A DNA stretch of 64,000 nucleotides from Bacteroidales bacterium (GTDB lineage Bacteria; Bacteroidota; Bacteroidia; Bacteroidales; WCHB1-69). The stretch spans positions 363 to 64,362 of the forward strand of contig JAEEQE010000011.1 in the NCBI GenBank assembly GCA_016285145.1. Direction: 5' to 3'. Shown here piece after piece: positions 8,258-17,266 of this stretch. The translations under genes and the position numbers were made by a program. The notes below the pieces were generated by a model. It was not told the DNA's origin. It did not search any database and saw only the letters and a list, made by a program, of their open reading frames with translations. Within the stretch, counting starts at the first letter, position 1; each line of letters starts with the position of its first letter.

Positions 8258-11200
8258 ATGGCAAAATTATCCGAATCCAAATCCGTAGAGTCCAAAGTCA
8301 CCGAATGGCTCACCCAATTGGGTTGGGAGTATCGCTCGGCGGAGGATTTGAAACCCTATAACCGCTTGCAGATGAACGCAGTGGTGGAGCCGATACTGGT
8401 GGAGCAGGTGATGGCACTGAACAGCATCAGCCAGCAGGCGGCCAAGATGGCGGTGGAGACTTTGCTCAACAACCTGCGCAATCCCATCCCCATCGAGGGC
8501 AACGAGAAGTTCCTCAACCAGCTCTGCGACGGCGTCAATATCACGATTGAACATAAAGACCGCACCATACGCTTCATCAACTTTGAGGATATATGGCAAA
8601 ACAGCCTTATCGTCACCAACCAATACGCGGTGCAACAGGTTCGTGCGGATATCTGCCTGTTGGTAAATGGCATACCGTTAGTGCCCATCGAGGCTAAGCA
8701 GTGCGCACGGCGCGGCACCAATTGGCTTGAAGGTGTGCGTCAGTTCCAGACCTACGACCGCCGCAGCGAGAAACTGTTTATGTGCCATCTCTTTGGCGTT
8801 GCTTGCAACGGAAGGCTGAGCAAATACGGCATTCCGGGCGCGTCGTCGTCCTATTTCAACGAATGGAAGGATTCGGTCATCGCCGACAAATACGACAATC
8901 CGTTGTTGCACCCCGAAAACGAGTTGTGCCGTGTCTATAAGGACGAAAACGATGGCCTGATGCACTTCGATGTAGAACGGCTGCCCAACGGACAGCTATT
9001 GGAGCAGATGAAGTTCGGCATCATCGGTTTGTTGCAACCTGAGCGTGTACTCGACATCCTGCAACATTTCATCGTATTTGAGCGCGACGACAACAAGATC
9101 ATCAAGAAAGTGGCGCGTTACCAGCAACTGCGTGCCGCCAACAAGATTGTGGATAGGGTAGTGCAGTCCGACAAGGCGCAAGGCGTGATTTGGCACACCC
9201 AAGGTTCGGGCAAGTCGCTCACCATGCTTTACACTGCCTACAAACTCCGCAAGACCGAAACCTTGAACGACCCGACCATTTTCATCGTGGTGGACCGCAA
9301 GGACCTGAAAGACCAGATGGACGACACCTTCTTCAACTGTGTGTTTCCGAATGCGAGGGTGGTGATGAGTATCGGCGACTTGAAAAGCATACTCCGAAAC
9401 CAACCCGCTGGCGTGTTCATCACCACCATTCAGAAGTTCAAGGAGTTGGGCGAGATCAAGGACGAGCGCGACAATGTCATCGTGCTCATCGATGAGGCCC
9501 ATCGTACGGAATACGGCGACTATCAGATGGAACTGCGTGCCGTGTTGCCTAACGCCAAGCGTTTCGCATTCACGGGAACGCCGATTCCCAAGACCCATCG
9601 GGAGTTTGGCATCAAGGATGAGAACGGCAAGATAGAGTATTATTTGGACAAATACAGCGTCATCGATGCCATCAACGACGGGGCCACCAAGCCCATCCGC
9701 TACACTTTGGGCCCTTCGCAGTGGTTCTTGGACAAGGAAAACCTCAAACAAGGCTATGCCGAAATCACTGCCGAGTTGGAGGAAGACCAGAAACGCTTAG
9801 TGGAACAACGCGTGCAGCCCTGGAAAACCCTGATGAAAAAGCCTGAGCGCATCAAGACCTTGGCCGCCGACATCGCCAAGGACTTTCGCGAACGTTTGGA
9901 GCCGCAAGGCTTCAAGGCGCAAGTGGTGGCCATCGACAAGGAGGCATGTGTGTTGTATTACAACGAATTGCTCAACTATTTCGACCCATCGGAAATCCGC
10001 ATCATCTTTTCCACAGGACAATACGAAACCAGTGAGCGTTACGACCTGTTTTCGCCGTTCTACATCGACGACAAGGAGCGCAAACGCCTGATCGACAACT
10101 TCAAGAAGCGGATTTCTGATGAAGAGATTGCCAAAGGCAACAACCTGAAAATCTTCATTGTCTGCAATATGCTGCTCACGGGATTTGACGCACCCATCGA
10201 GCAGACCATGTATCTCGACAGTCCTTTGCGCGACCATAACCTCTTGCAAGCCGTGGCACGCACTAACCGCCCGTATGACTATGGCGAGGGCGAAAACAAA
10301 CTCTCCAAAGAGTTTGGTCGCATCGTCGATTATGTGGGCGTATTCCAGAACTATAAGGAAGCCTTGAACTATGATCCCGAAGACATTGGTGAGTTTGAGG
10401 ATGTGGATGCTTTATTGGAGGTATTCCCCAAGGAACTCGATGCTGCTTTTGAGCCTTTTGCCGAAATCAAGTTGGAGGACAGTTACGAGTGCGAAATAGC
10501 TATCATTCGCAAGTTGAGCGAGATTGACCACGGGCTGTTTGAAAATCGTTTCCATCGCGTAGTGCAGCTTTGGGAAGCTATCAGTCCCAATCCAGGTTTG
10601 CGTCCGTTCCGTACAAAATACCTGTGGTTAGTGACTATTTACGAACTCTACATGGAGGAATTCCGTCGCGTGGATTTCGATGCCGAGTTCTATGCTGCAC
10701 AGACGCGCAAGTTGTTGGAAGAGAGTGCCACCTTGCTGGATTTCCGAGGCCATTTGCCCGAAATCGCCATTGATGCGGACTATCTCGCCAAATTGCAGGA
10801 AACTCGGTTGTCGCCTTCCGACAAAGCCGAGAAGATTATCCGCGACATTGAGACGATGATTCGCACCAACCAGAACAGTAGTGCCATCTATATCGAGTTT
10901 CAGGAACGCTTGGATGCGCTTATCCGCTTGAAGAACGCCAATGCCATTGAGATTGAGGGGCTTTTGAAGAAACTCAGCGAGCTTTACACCGAAGTGGATG
11001 AGGCGGTTGAAATCCCCAAAAAGATGGGTTTTGATGACAAAGGCACTTTTGAAATTTATCAGATTCTCAAAAATGAACTTCCGCATTTCGATGAATCATT
11101 GGCAAGAGAATTTGCCAACGAATTGGCAGCCAAAATTCAGTCGAGAATTTATATCGGTTGGCAGGAAGTCACACAGGAATACAACCGTTTGTTGGGCGAG

Positions 11201-11311
11201 GTGGCTTTATTGGCGGCCAACGAAAAATATGATGCCTTGGACGTGTACGGAAAAGACATTTTACATGAGACCATCATGGATTCTATTGTGAGAAATTTCA
11301 GTTTGAATTGA
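8258..11311 (+). CDS. hsdR: Type I restriction endonuclease subunit R
   Basis: Nuclease motif RADICLLVNGIPLVPIEAK; Walker A WHTQGSGKS; DEAHR; FTGTP; MLLTGFDAP; LQAVARTNR. Confidence 0.97.
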   Translation: MAKLSESKSVESKVTEWLTQLGWEYRSAEDLKPYNRLQMNAVVEPILVEQVMALNSISQQAAKMAVETLLNNLRNPIPIEGNEKFLNQLCDGVNITIEHKDRTIRFINFEDIWQNSLIVTNQYAVQQVRADICLLVNGIPLVPIEAKQCARRGTNWLEGVRQFQTYDRRSEKLFMCHLFGVACNGRLSKYGIPGASSSYFNEWKDSVIADKYDNPLLHPENELCRVYKDENDGLMHFDVERLPNGQLLEQMKFGIIGLLQPERVLDILQHFIVFERDDNKIIKKVARYQQLRAANKIVDRVVQSDKAQGVIWHTQGSGKSLTMLYTAYKLRKTETLNDPTIFIVVDRKDLKDQMDDTFFNCVFPNARVVMSIGDLKSILRNQPAGVFITTIQKFKELGEIKDERDNVIVLIDEAHRTEYGDYQMELRAVLPNAKRFAFTGTPIPKTHREFGIKDENGKIEYYLDKYSVIDAINDGATKPIRYTLGPSQWFLDKENLKQGYAEITAELEEDQKRLVEQRVQPWKTLMKKPERIKTLAADIAKDFRERLEPQGFKAQVVAIDKEACVLYYNELLNYFDPSEIRIIFSTGQYETSERYDLFSPFYIDDKERKRLIDNFKKRISDEEIAKGNNLKIFIVCNMLLTGFDAPIEQTMYLDSPLRDHNLLQAVARTNRPYDYGEGENKLSKEFGRIVDYVGVFQNYKEALNYDPEDIGEFEDVDALLEVFPKELDAAFEPFAEIKLEDSYECEIAIIRKLSEIDHGLFENRFHRVVQLWEAISPNPGLRPFRTKYLWLVTIYELYMEEFRRVDFDAEFYAAQTRKLLEESATLLDFRGHLPEIAIDADYLAKLQETRLSPSDKAEKIIRDIETMIRTNQNSSAIYIEFQERLDALIRLKNANAIEIEGLLKKLSELYTEVDEAVEIPKKMGFDDKGTFEIYQILKNELPHFDESLAREFANELAAKIQSRIYIGWQEVTQEYNRLLGEVALLAANEKYDALDVYGKDILHETIMDSIVRNFSLN

Positions 11312-11312
11312 T

Positions 11313-11966
11313 ATGCTGCCTGATAATTGCTCAGTCATACGTCGAGAAGTCAAGAATGCCCGTCTTCGTGTTCGCGAAGATGGCACTGTGCAGTTGTTTG
11401 TCCCTGTGGCGTTCACAGATGAGGATGTCGAAAAGCTTTTGGAGAAAAAGGCACAATGGATAGCCTCGAAACGGCAATTCTTTGAGCAGAAAACCAAGAT
11501 CAAACTGCGACGCAACGAAATATTGCTTTTTGGCAACCGTTATGCCTATTTTTATTCGTCCCAATATCAGAATAAGGTGGTCGTCAATCACGAAAGCAAG
11601 ACCATTCAGGCAAAACGTGACTTGTTGGATGCGAAAGTACAGGAAAAATGGCTGAAATCGGTGGCACGGAAGTATATCTTATCACGAGTCGAGACGCTTT
11701 CCGAGGCGCTGCTTCTGCCTTACAACAAACTTTACATTCGCAGTCAGAAACGGAAGTGGGGGAATTGCTCGTCTGAAAAAAACATCTCTATCAATTGGCG
11801 ACTGATTAAAGCTCCCGAGTTTGTCATTGACTATGTTATCATTCACGAACTGTGCCATACTGTCATTATGAATCACAGTGCCCGTTTTTACACTTTGCTT
11901 CGTTCACATTGTCCAGATGGAGAGCAAGCACAGGCGTGGTTGGATAAGTATGGGAATAGTTTGTAA
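11313..11966 (+). CDS. M48/YgjP (DUF45/SprT-like) zinc metallopeptidase
   Basis: KRKWGNCS, INWRLI, DYVIIHELCH..MNHS..FY; commonly found after hsdR. Confidence 0.88.
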   Translation: MLPDNCSVIRREVKNARLRVREDGTVQLFVPVAFTDEDVEKLLEKKAQWIASKRQFFEQKTKIKLRRNEILLFGNRYAYFYSSQYQNKVVVNHESKTIQAKRDLLDAKVQEKWLKSVARKYILSRVETLSEALLLPYNKLYIRSQKRKWGNCSSEKNISINWRLIKAPEFVIDYVIIHELCHTVIMNHSARFYTLLRSHCPDGEQAQAWLDKYGNSL

Positions 11967-11989
11967 ATAGTTGTTTCTCACATTTATCC

Positions 11990-12841
11990 TTATTCTTCCC
12001 CGAACTTCTCCATTACGCCAGAGTAGGGAAGGTGCATTCCGGCCACCACTTTGTGGTGGTCTTTGATGTATTGGTACATCTGCTGGCGCGTGGCGACGGC
12101 TTTCTTTTGGTCCATATCATAACGGGCGCAGTATTCGGGGTGCGGAATCTGCAACGCCGCCGCGTGGAGCAGGTCGCCCACAATGAGCACCGGTCCGATT
12201 TCGTAAATAGTGTGCCCCGGTGTGTGCCCTGGCGCATCAATGGTAGCAATAAATCCTAACAGCGTGTCTCCGGCGGTGAACCGGTGCACACGGTCGCCGT
12301 AAACCTTCAACATCTCTTGCGTGGTCTTGTCGCCCTGGAAACTCTTGAGTTCCTTGTCGGCACAATACACCTTCGCATTCGGGAAGGAGGCCTGCCCATT
12401 GGTCAGCATACCGCCGATATGGTCTCTGTGACAATGCGTAATACACACAGCTTCAATTTCTTCGGGCTTAATGTTGAGCATAGTGAGCTTGTCCAACAAT
12501 GCTCCGCCCTTGTCCAAGCCAAGACCGCTGTCGAATAGAATATATTTGCCATTTTTTCTCAAAAGGAATCCGTTGATGGCGGATTCGGCCTCCCCGTTGG
12601 GCATCAGTTCGGCCAATATTTTTTTGTCCGCTGTCGGAAAAAGAGATGCGGACATCGTGTTTTGCTTGTCCTGAAGGGTCCAAAGGTCGAAATCATCGAA
12701 ATGAAAATGATAGACACCGGCTATGATGGTGGTGTCTTTCGGCGGTTCGGGGGAGGTTGGAGAGGGGTTTTGTTTGCTGTTGGAATGGCATCCGGCAAGG
12801 CAGAATATCGCAAGGCAAAGAAGGAAAGCTGTTTTTTTCAT
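11990..12841 (-). CDS. MBL-fold metallo-hydrolase lipoprotein (MPH/lactonase-like)
   Basis: Lipobox-like LAGC; THCHRDHIGG, PGHTPGH, GDLLH, GMHLP. Confidence 0.85.
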   Translation of the reverse strand: MKKTAFLLCLAIFCLAGCHSNSKQNPSPTSPEPPKDTTIIAGVYHFHFDDFDLWTLQDKQNTMSASLFPTADKKILAELMPNGEAESAINGFLLRKNGKYILFDSGLGLDKGGALLDKLTMLNIKPEEIEAVCITHCHRDHIGGMLTNGQASFPNAKVYCADKELKSFQGDKTTQEMLKVYGDRVHRFTAGDTLLGFIATIDAPGHTPGHTIYEIGPVLIVGDLLHAAALQIPHPEYCARYDMDQKKAVATRQQMYQYIKDHHKVVAGMHLPYSGVMEKFGEE

Positions 12842-12919
12842 ATTGTTGTTTATTTTATAGGGTGCAAAAATAAAATATTTAATCGTTAAACCGTACCTTT
12901 GCAGCCGAATTTTTCAGAC

Positions 12920-14119
12920 ATGCAAGAAGCGCAGGAATATCAGAATCAGGAACAGCTTTGGAACAGTAACTACTTGAAAATCTGGATTGCCAATTTCATG
13001 ATTTTCTTTTCGTTCATGTTGCTCACACCGCTATTGCCCCTGTATCTGAATGAGACATTTGGTGCTGACAAGCAAATGATTGGCATTGTGCTTTCAGGAT
13101 ATACGCTGACGGCCCTGCTGATCAGGCCTTTCAGCGGTTTTTTTGTGGATAGTTTCCCCCGAAAGATAGTGCTGCTGATTTGTTATGGAGTATTCAGTCT
13201 TTTGTTTGGCGGATATCTTGTTGCCGGATCACTGCTTCTGTTTGCCATCGTGCGTACGCTGCACGGGGCTCCGTTCGGTGCGGTGACGGTGGCCAACAGC
13301 ACGGTGGCTATCGATGTGCTGCATCCTACACGAAGGGCGGAAGGAATTGGTTATTATGGACTTAGTAACAATATCGCTTCGGCTATTGCTCCGGCATTTG
13401 CCATCTATGTGTTGAATATCACCAACAATTTCCCTTTGCTCTTCTGGATTTCTTTGGGCACGTCGGCAATTGGTTTTGCCATTAACAGCTCTTTGCAATT
13501 AGAAAAGAGGGAACTGGTAAAGGATAAGCCTAAGATTTCCCTTGACCGTTTCTTTCTCCTAAAAGGATGGAGCCAGGCAATGACCATGGCCTGTTTTGCC
13601 TTTTCGTATGGGGTGTTGTCCACATACGTGGCCATTTATGGCAAGGAAGAGTTGGGAATCCGTGGCGGTTCGGCACTCTTTTTCATGTTGTTATCCATAG
13701 GCCTGATTCTTTCACGGCTGGTGGGCAGCCGGACATTGCGGCAGGGCAAAATCACCCAAAATGCGGCTGTGGGTGTGTTGGTGTCGTTGTGTGGATATAT
13801 GGTGTTTGCCGCACTGCACAATCCCATAGGCTATTATGGGGCTGCGTTCATCATTGGTTTAGGCAACGGGCACATGTGGCCTGCGTATCAGACTATGTTC
13901 ATCAACTTGGCCCCGCACACGCAACGAGGAACGGCCAATTCCTCTATCCTTATCAGCTGGGATATCGGAATCGGATTGGGTGTCTTGGTCGGTGGGGTGA
14001 TTTCCGAGCATATAGGATACCATTGGGCCTTTTGGGCCGCCTGGCTTGTGAATCTTGTCGGCGTATCCGCCTTTTTCGCGTATGTGCGGGGACACTATCT
14101 GAAAAACCGTCTGCGGTAG
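12920..14119 (+). CDS. MFS transporter
   Basis: About 12 hydrophobic segments; motif-A-like RPFSGFFVDSFPRK. Confidence 0.88.
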   Translation: MQEAQEYQNQEQLWNSNYLKIWIANFMIFFSFMLLTPLLPLYLNETFGADKQMIGIVLSGYTLTALLIRPFSGFFVDSFPRKIVLLICYGVFSLLFGGYLVAGSLLLFAIVRTLHGAPFGAVTVANSTVAIDVLHPTRRAEGIGYYGLSNNIASAIAPAFAIYVLNITNNFPLLFWISLGTSAIGFAINSSLQLEKRELVKDKPKISLDRFFLLKGWSQAMTMACFAFSYGVLSTYVAIYGKEELGIRGGSALFFMLLSIGLILSRLVGSRTLRQGKITQNAAVGVLVSLCGYMVFAALHNPIGYYGAAFIIGLGNGHMWPAYQTMFINLAPHTQRGTANSSILISWDIGIGLGVLVGGVISEHIGYHWAFWAAWLVNLVGVSAFFAYVRGHYLKNRLR

Positions 14120-14127
14120 AGAAGAGG

Positions 14128-16176
14128 CTATTTTACTGTACTTCCCTCTTTGAGAGGTTTTTGCGGTTGCATCAGGCTGAGGCTGCCGTCGGCGTTTTCG
14201 GCCATCAGCACCATGCCGTGCGATTCCACGCCCTTGATGTTCTTCGGGGCGAGGTTGATCAGCATCAGCACTTGCTTGCCGATGAGGTCCTGCGGCTCGT
14301 AATATTCCGCTATGCCGGACACGATTTCGCGAGTGTCCACACCCGTGTTCACTTTCAGTTTGAGCAGTTTTTTGGTCTTCGCCACTTTTTCGGCTTCCAA
14401 AACGGTGACCACTCTCAAGTCCATTTTCTGGAAATCGTCAAAAGAGACATCGTCCTTGGCGGGAACGGCATCAGCAGCGGCAATCTCGTTGGCCTTCTTG
14501 GTGTCCTGCAACTTCTGAACCTGTCGTGCAATAGTTTCATCATCAATTTTTTCAAACAGATATTCTGCCGGATTGAGCTGTCTGCCCACCTGAAGGAGGT
14601 CGGCACGGCCGCCATCTTTCCAGTTCTTGTTGTCGATGTTCAAGATATGTTGCAGTTTCTTGGCGGTGAAAGGCAGGAACGGCTCGCACAGCACGGATAA
14701 GGAAGCGCAAATTTGCAAAGAAAGGTGCAGAATCGTCTTTACGGTTTCCGGATCTTCTTTTTGTTTCTTCCACGGTTCAGTATCGGTGAGGTACTTGTTG
14801 CCGATACGGGCCAGGTTCATGAACTCCTGCAAAGCCTCACGGAAGCGGAAATGTTCGATGGAATCGCCAATCAGTTTGGGGAATTCGGCCATCTTGGCCA
14901 CGATTTCCTTCTCATAGTCGGAATATTCGCCGGGCGCGGGCACGATGCCACCGTAATATTTATGTGTGAGTACGACCGTTCGGTTCACGAAGTTGCCGAA
15001 GATGGCTAACAGTTCGTTGTTGTTGCGCGCCTGGAAGTCAGCCCATGTGAAATCAGCGTCTTTTGTTTCCGGCGCGATGGCGGTGAGTGTGTAGCGTAAT
15101 ACGTCCTGCTTGCCCGGGAAATCTTCCACGTACTCGTGTGCCCACACGGCCCAGTTGCGGGAAGTGGAGATCTTGTCTCCCTCAAGGTTGAGGAACTCGT
15201 TAGCGGGCACATTGTCGGGCAGAATGTAGGATCCGTCGGCTTTCAACATGCAGGGGAAAATGATGCAGTGGAACACGATGTTGTCCTTGCCGATGAAGTG
15301 TACCAGCTTGGTCTCGTCGTCTTTCCACCATTTTTCCCAATCGGTCTGATGCTCGGCGGCCCACTCCTTGGTGGCGGAGATATAGCCAATGGGAGCGTCA
15401 AACCAGACATAGAGCACCTTGCCATCGGCATCGGGCAGCGGCACTTTCACGCCCCAGTTGAGGTCACGGGTCACGGCGCGGGGTTGCAGGCCCTGATCAA
15501 TCCATGATTTGCATTGGCCGTAAACGGTAGGACGCCAATCGTCTTTATGGCCTTTGAGAATCCACTCGCGCAGCCAAGGATCGTATTGATCCAACGGAAG
15601 ATACCAGTGTTTGGTCTCTTTCAGCACCGGTGTGTTGCCGCTGAGTGCCGACCGAGGGTTGATGAGGTCGGTGGCGTTGAGCGACGTGCCGCACACTTCA
15701 CACTGGTCGCCATAGGCGTGCTCGTTCTTGCAGTGCGGGCATGTGCCGGTGATGTAGCGGTCGGCGAGGAACTGTTTGGCCTCCTCGTCGTAATATTGCA
15801 TGGAGGTCTTCTCAATCAACTTGCCCTCGTCATACAGTTTCTTGAAATAGGCGGATGCCGTCTCGTGGTGCGTGGGGTTGGACGTCCGCGAGTAGATGTC
15901 GAACGAGATGCCGAGGTCTTCGAAGGACTTCTTGATAATGTTATGGTAGCGGTCCACGATGTCTTGCGGGGTAACGCCCTCTTTGCGGGCCTTGATGGTG
16001 ATGGGGACGCCGTGTTCGTCGGAGCCGCCGATGAAGAGTACCTCCTCACCGTTGTTGCGCAGGTAGCGCGCATAGATGTCGGCAGGGATATATACGCCGG
16101 CCAGGTGACCGATATGGACGGGGCCATTAGCGTAAGGAAGGGCGGAGGTAATCGTGTGACGGGCTATCTTTTTCAT
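14128..16176 (-). CDS. metG: Methionine--tRNA ligase
   Basis: [29 protein letters not shown]-terminal tRNA-binding domain. Confidence 0.98.
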   Translation of the reverse strand: MKKIARHTITSALPYANGPVHIGHLAGVYIPADIYARYLRNNGEEVLFIGGSDEHGVPITIKARKEGVTPQDIVDRYHNIIKKSFEDLGISFDIYSRTSNPTHHETASAYFKKLYDEGKLIEKTSMQYYDEEAKQFLADRYITGTCPHCKNEHAYGDQCEVCGTSLNATDLINPRSALSGNTPVLKETKHWYLPLDQYDPWLREWILKGHKDDWRPTVYGQCKSWIDQGLQPRAVTRDLNWGVKVPLPDADGKVLYVWFDAPIGYISATKEWAAEHQTDWEKWWKDDETKLVHFIGKDNIVFHCIIFPCMLKADGSYILPDNVPANEFLNLEGDKISTSRNWAVWAHEYVEDFPGKQDVLRYTLTAIAPETKDADFTWADFQARNNNELLAIFGNFVNRTVVLTHKYYGGIVPAPGEYSDYEKEIVAKMAEFPKLIGDSIEHFRFREALQEFMNLARIGNKYLTDTEPWKKQKEDPETVKTILHLSLQICASLSVLCEPFLPFTAKKLQHILNIDNKNWKDGGRADLLQVGRQLNPAEYLFEKIDDETIARQVQKLQDTKKANEIAAADAVPAKDDVSFDDFQKMDLRVVTVLEAEKVAKTKKLLKLKVNTGVDTREIVSGIAEYYEPQDLIGKQVLMLINLAPKNIKGVESHGMVLMAENADGSLSLMQPQKPLKEGSTVK

Positions 16177-16212
16177 ATTTAATGTTTTAAATAATTGTCA
16201 AAAAATGAGAGA

Positions 16213-17067
16213 CTAAAGGTCGGAAAAACGTTTCATAACCTCTTCCGCGTATGATTTGGAAATTGGTATCTTGCTGACTGCGTTGGTGTTAAAGGTTATA
16301 TACAAACCGTCTTTCTCGTAATTGATCATTTTCACGTTTTGGAGGTTGACCATATAGGAGCGGTGGCATCGCACAATTGTGTTGGATGTGATGGTTTCCT
16401 CTAACGATTTCAGGTTGTTGCGCAGCATGGTGTAACCTACCGTATCGTTATCTAAATAATAGATATTCACGTAGTTATCATTGGCACCCAAATACAGGAG
16501 GTTGTTTCTTTTGAGGGAAATACGTGCCTTTCCGTTGGTGTCGAAGAAGGTGAGGGTGTCGTCCAAACTGACATTGGGTGTTTTCACCTCGTTTTTCCCC
16601 TGTTCTATCAGTTGGTTGATGGCCGCATCCTTGGAGCGCAATCCCAGGAAAAGGTAGGAAACGAGGTAGGGGATGGTCAGGATAGCCGGCACGAAAATCA
16701 GAGCCCGCTGGAAGATGATGGAGGGGTTACGGGAGTCGTGCAGGAATACCTTGGTTATCAGGGTGTAAAGCATCACGATGACCATAATCTCCGCGGCTAA
16801 CCACAATACGTATGAGATTAAGGAGATGAGCTCTTTTTTATTGACATAATACATAATGATACGGCTGATGATAAGCACCACCATACCGCCCAGAATTGTG
16901 CAGGTGGAGTAGAGGAAGTTCAGCGATTCGCTGTTGGAGTTGAACCAGGTGGAAAATTCAAAGGGTGTATAGACGTTTACAAAGAACATGGAGAAAATAA
17001 AGACAAAGACCAACAGGTTGATGTTGGTGCTTTTTTTCGCCAGGAATTCGGGTATTTTTTTCGTCAT
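16213..17067 (-). CDS. Membrane-anchored LytTR-family transcriptional regulator
   Basis: Four N-terminal hydrophobic segments; ANDNYVNIYY...RCHRSYMVN...IPISKSY. ATG start (MTKKIP) chosen because it lies downstream of a TATCTTTG element. Confidence 0.88.
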   Translation of the reverse strand: MTKKIPEFLAKKSTNINLLVFVFIFSMFFVNVYTPFEFSTWFNSNSESLNFLYSTCTILGGMVVLIISRIIMYYVNKKELISLISYVLWLAAEIMVIVMLYTLITKVFLHDSRNPSIIFQRALIFVPAILTIPYLVSYLFLGLRSKDAAINQLIEQGKNEVKTPNVSLDDTLTFFDTNGKARISLKRNNLLYLGANDNYVNIYYLDNDTVGYTMLRNNLKSLEETITSNTIVRCHRSYMVNLQNVKMINYEKDGLYITFNTNAVSKIPISKSYAEEVMKRFSDL

Positions 17068-17106
17068 AAAAGCCCTTTTTATTTTGGGGTGCAAAGATAC
17101 TAAAAT

Positions 17107-17158
17107 AATTTTCACCCCTGTATTTTAATTTTCACCCCATATATTGAATTTTCACCCC
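17107..17158. promoter_or_regulatory. Three direct repeats AATTTTCACCCC at 20-bp period; putative LytTR operator between divergent lytTR and fadD
   Basis: Copies at 17107, 17127 and 17147; LytTR domains bind direct repeats about two helical turns apart. Confidence 0.7.
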
Positions 17159-17266
17159 ATTTTGGCTTTGTTTCGCCACTTTTTTTTGATAAAAAGTTAT
17201 AAAAAGTGTTCTTTTGCAAATTGATTGAAAACAACCATTAATTCTAATAATAATCAAATTTTTTTT

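Noticed and set aside
1-11966. Invertase-driven hsdS shufflon
   Set aside because: Only one hsdS, no silent TRD copies and no recombinase in the window; the region upstream of base 1 cannot be seen.
11990-12841. MBL hydrolase as part of the defence locus or as a beta-lactamase
   Set aside because: It is convergent to the RM operon, has a lipoprotein signal and MPH/lactonase-like motifs; nothing specific supports either role.
13567-14700. 377-aa plus-strand ORF overlapping the MFS gene and metG
   Set aside because: Alternative-frame/antisense shadow of two well-supported genes, with no recognisable motifs.
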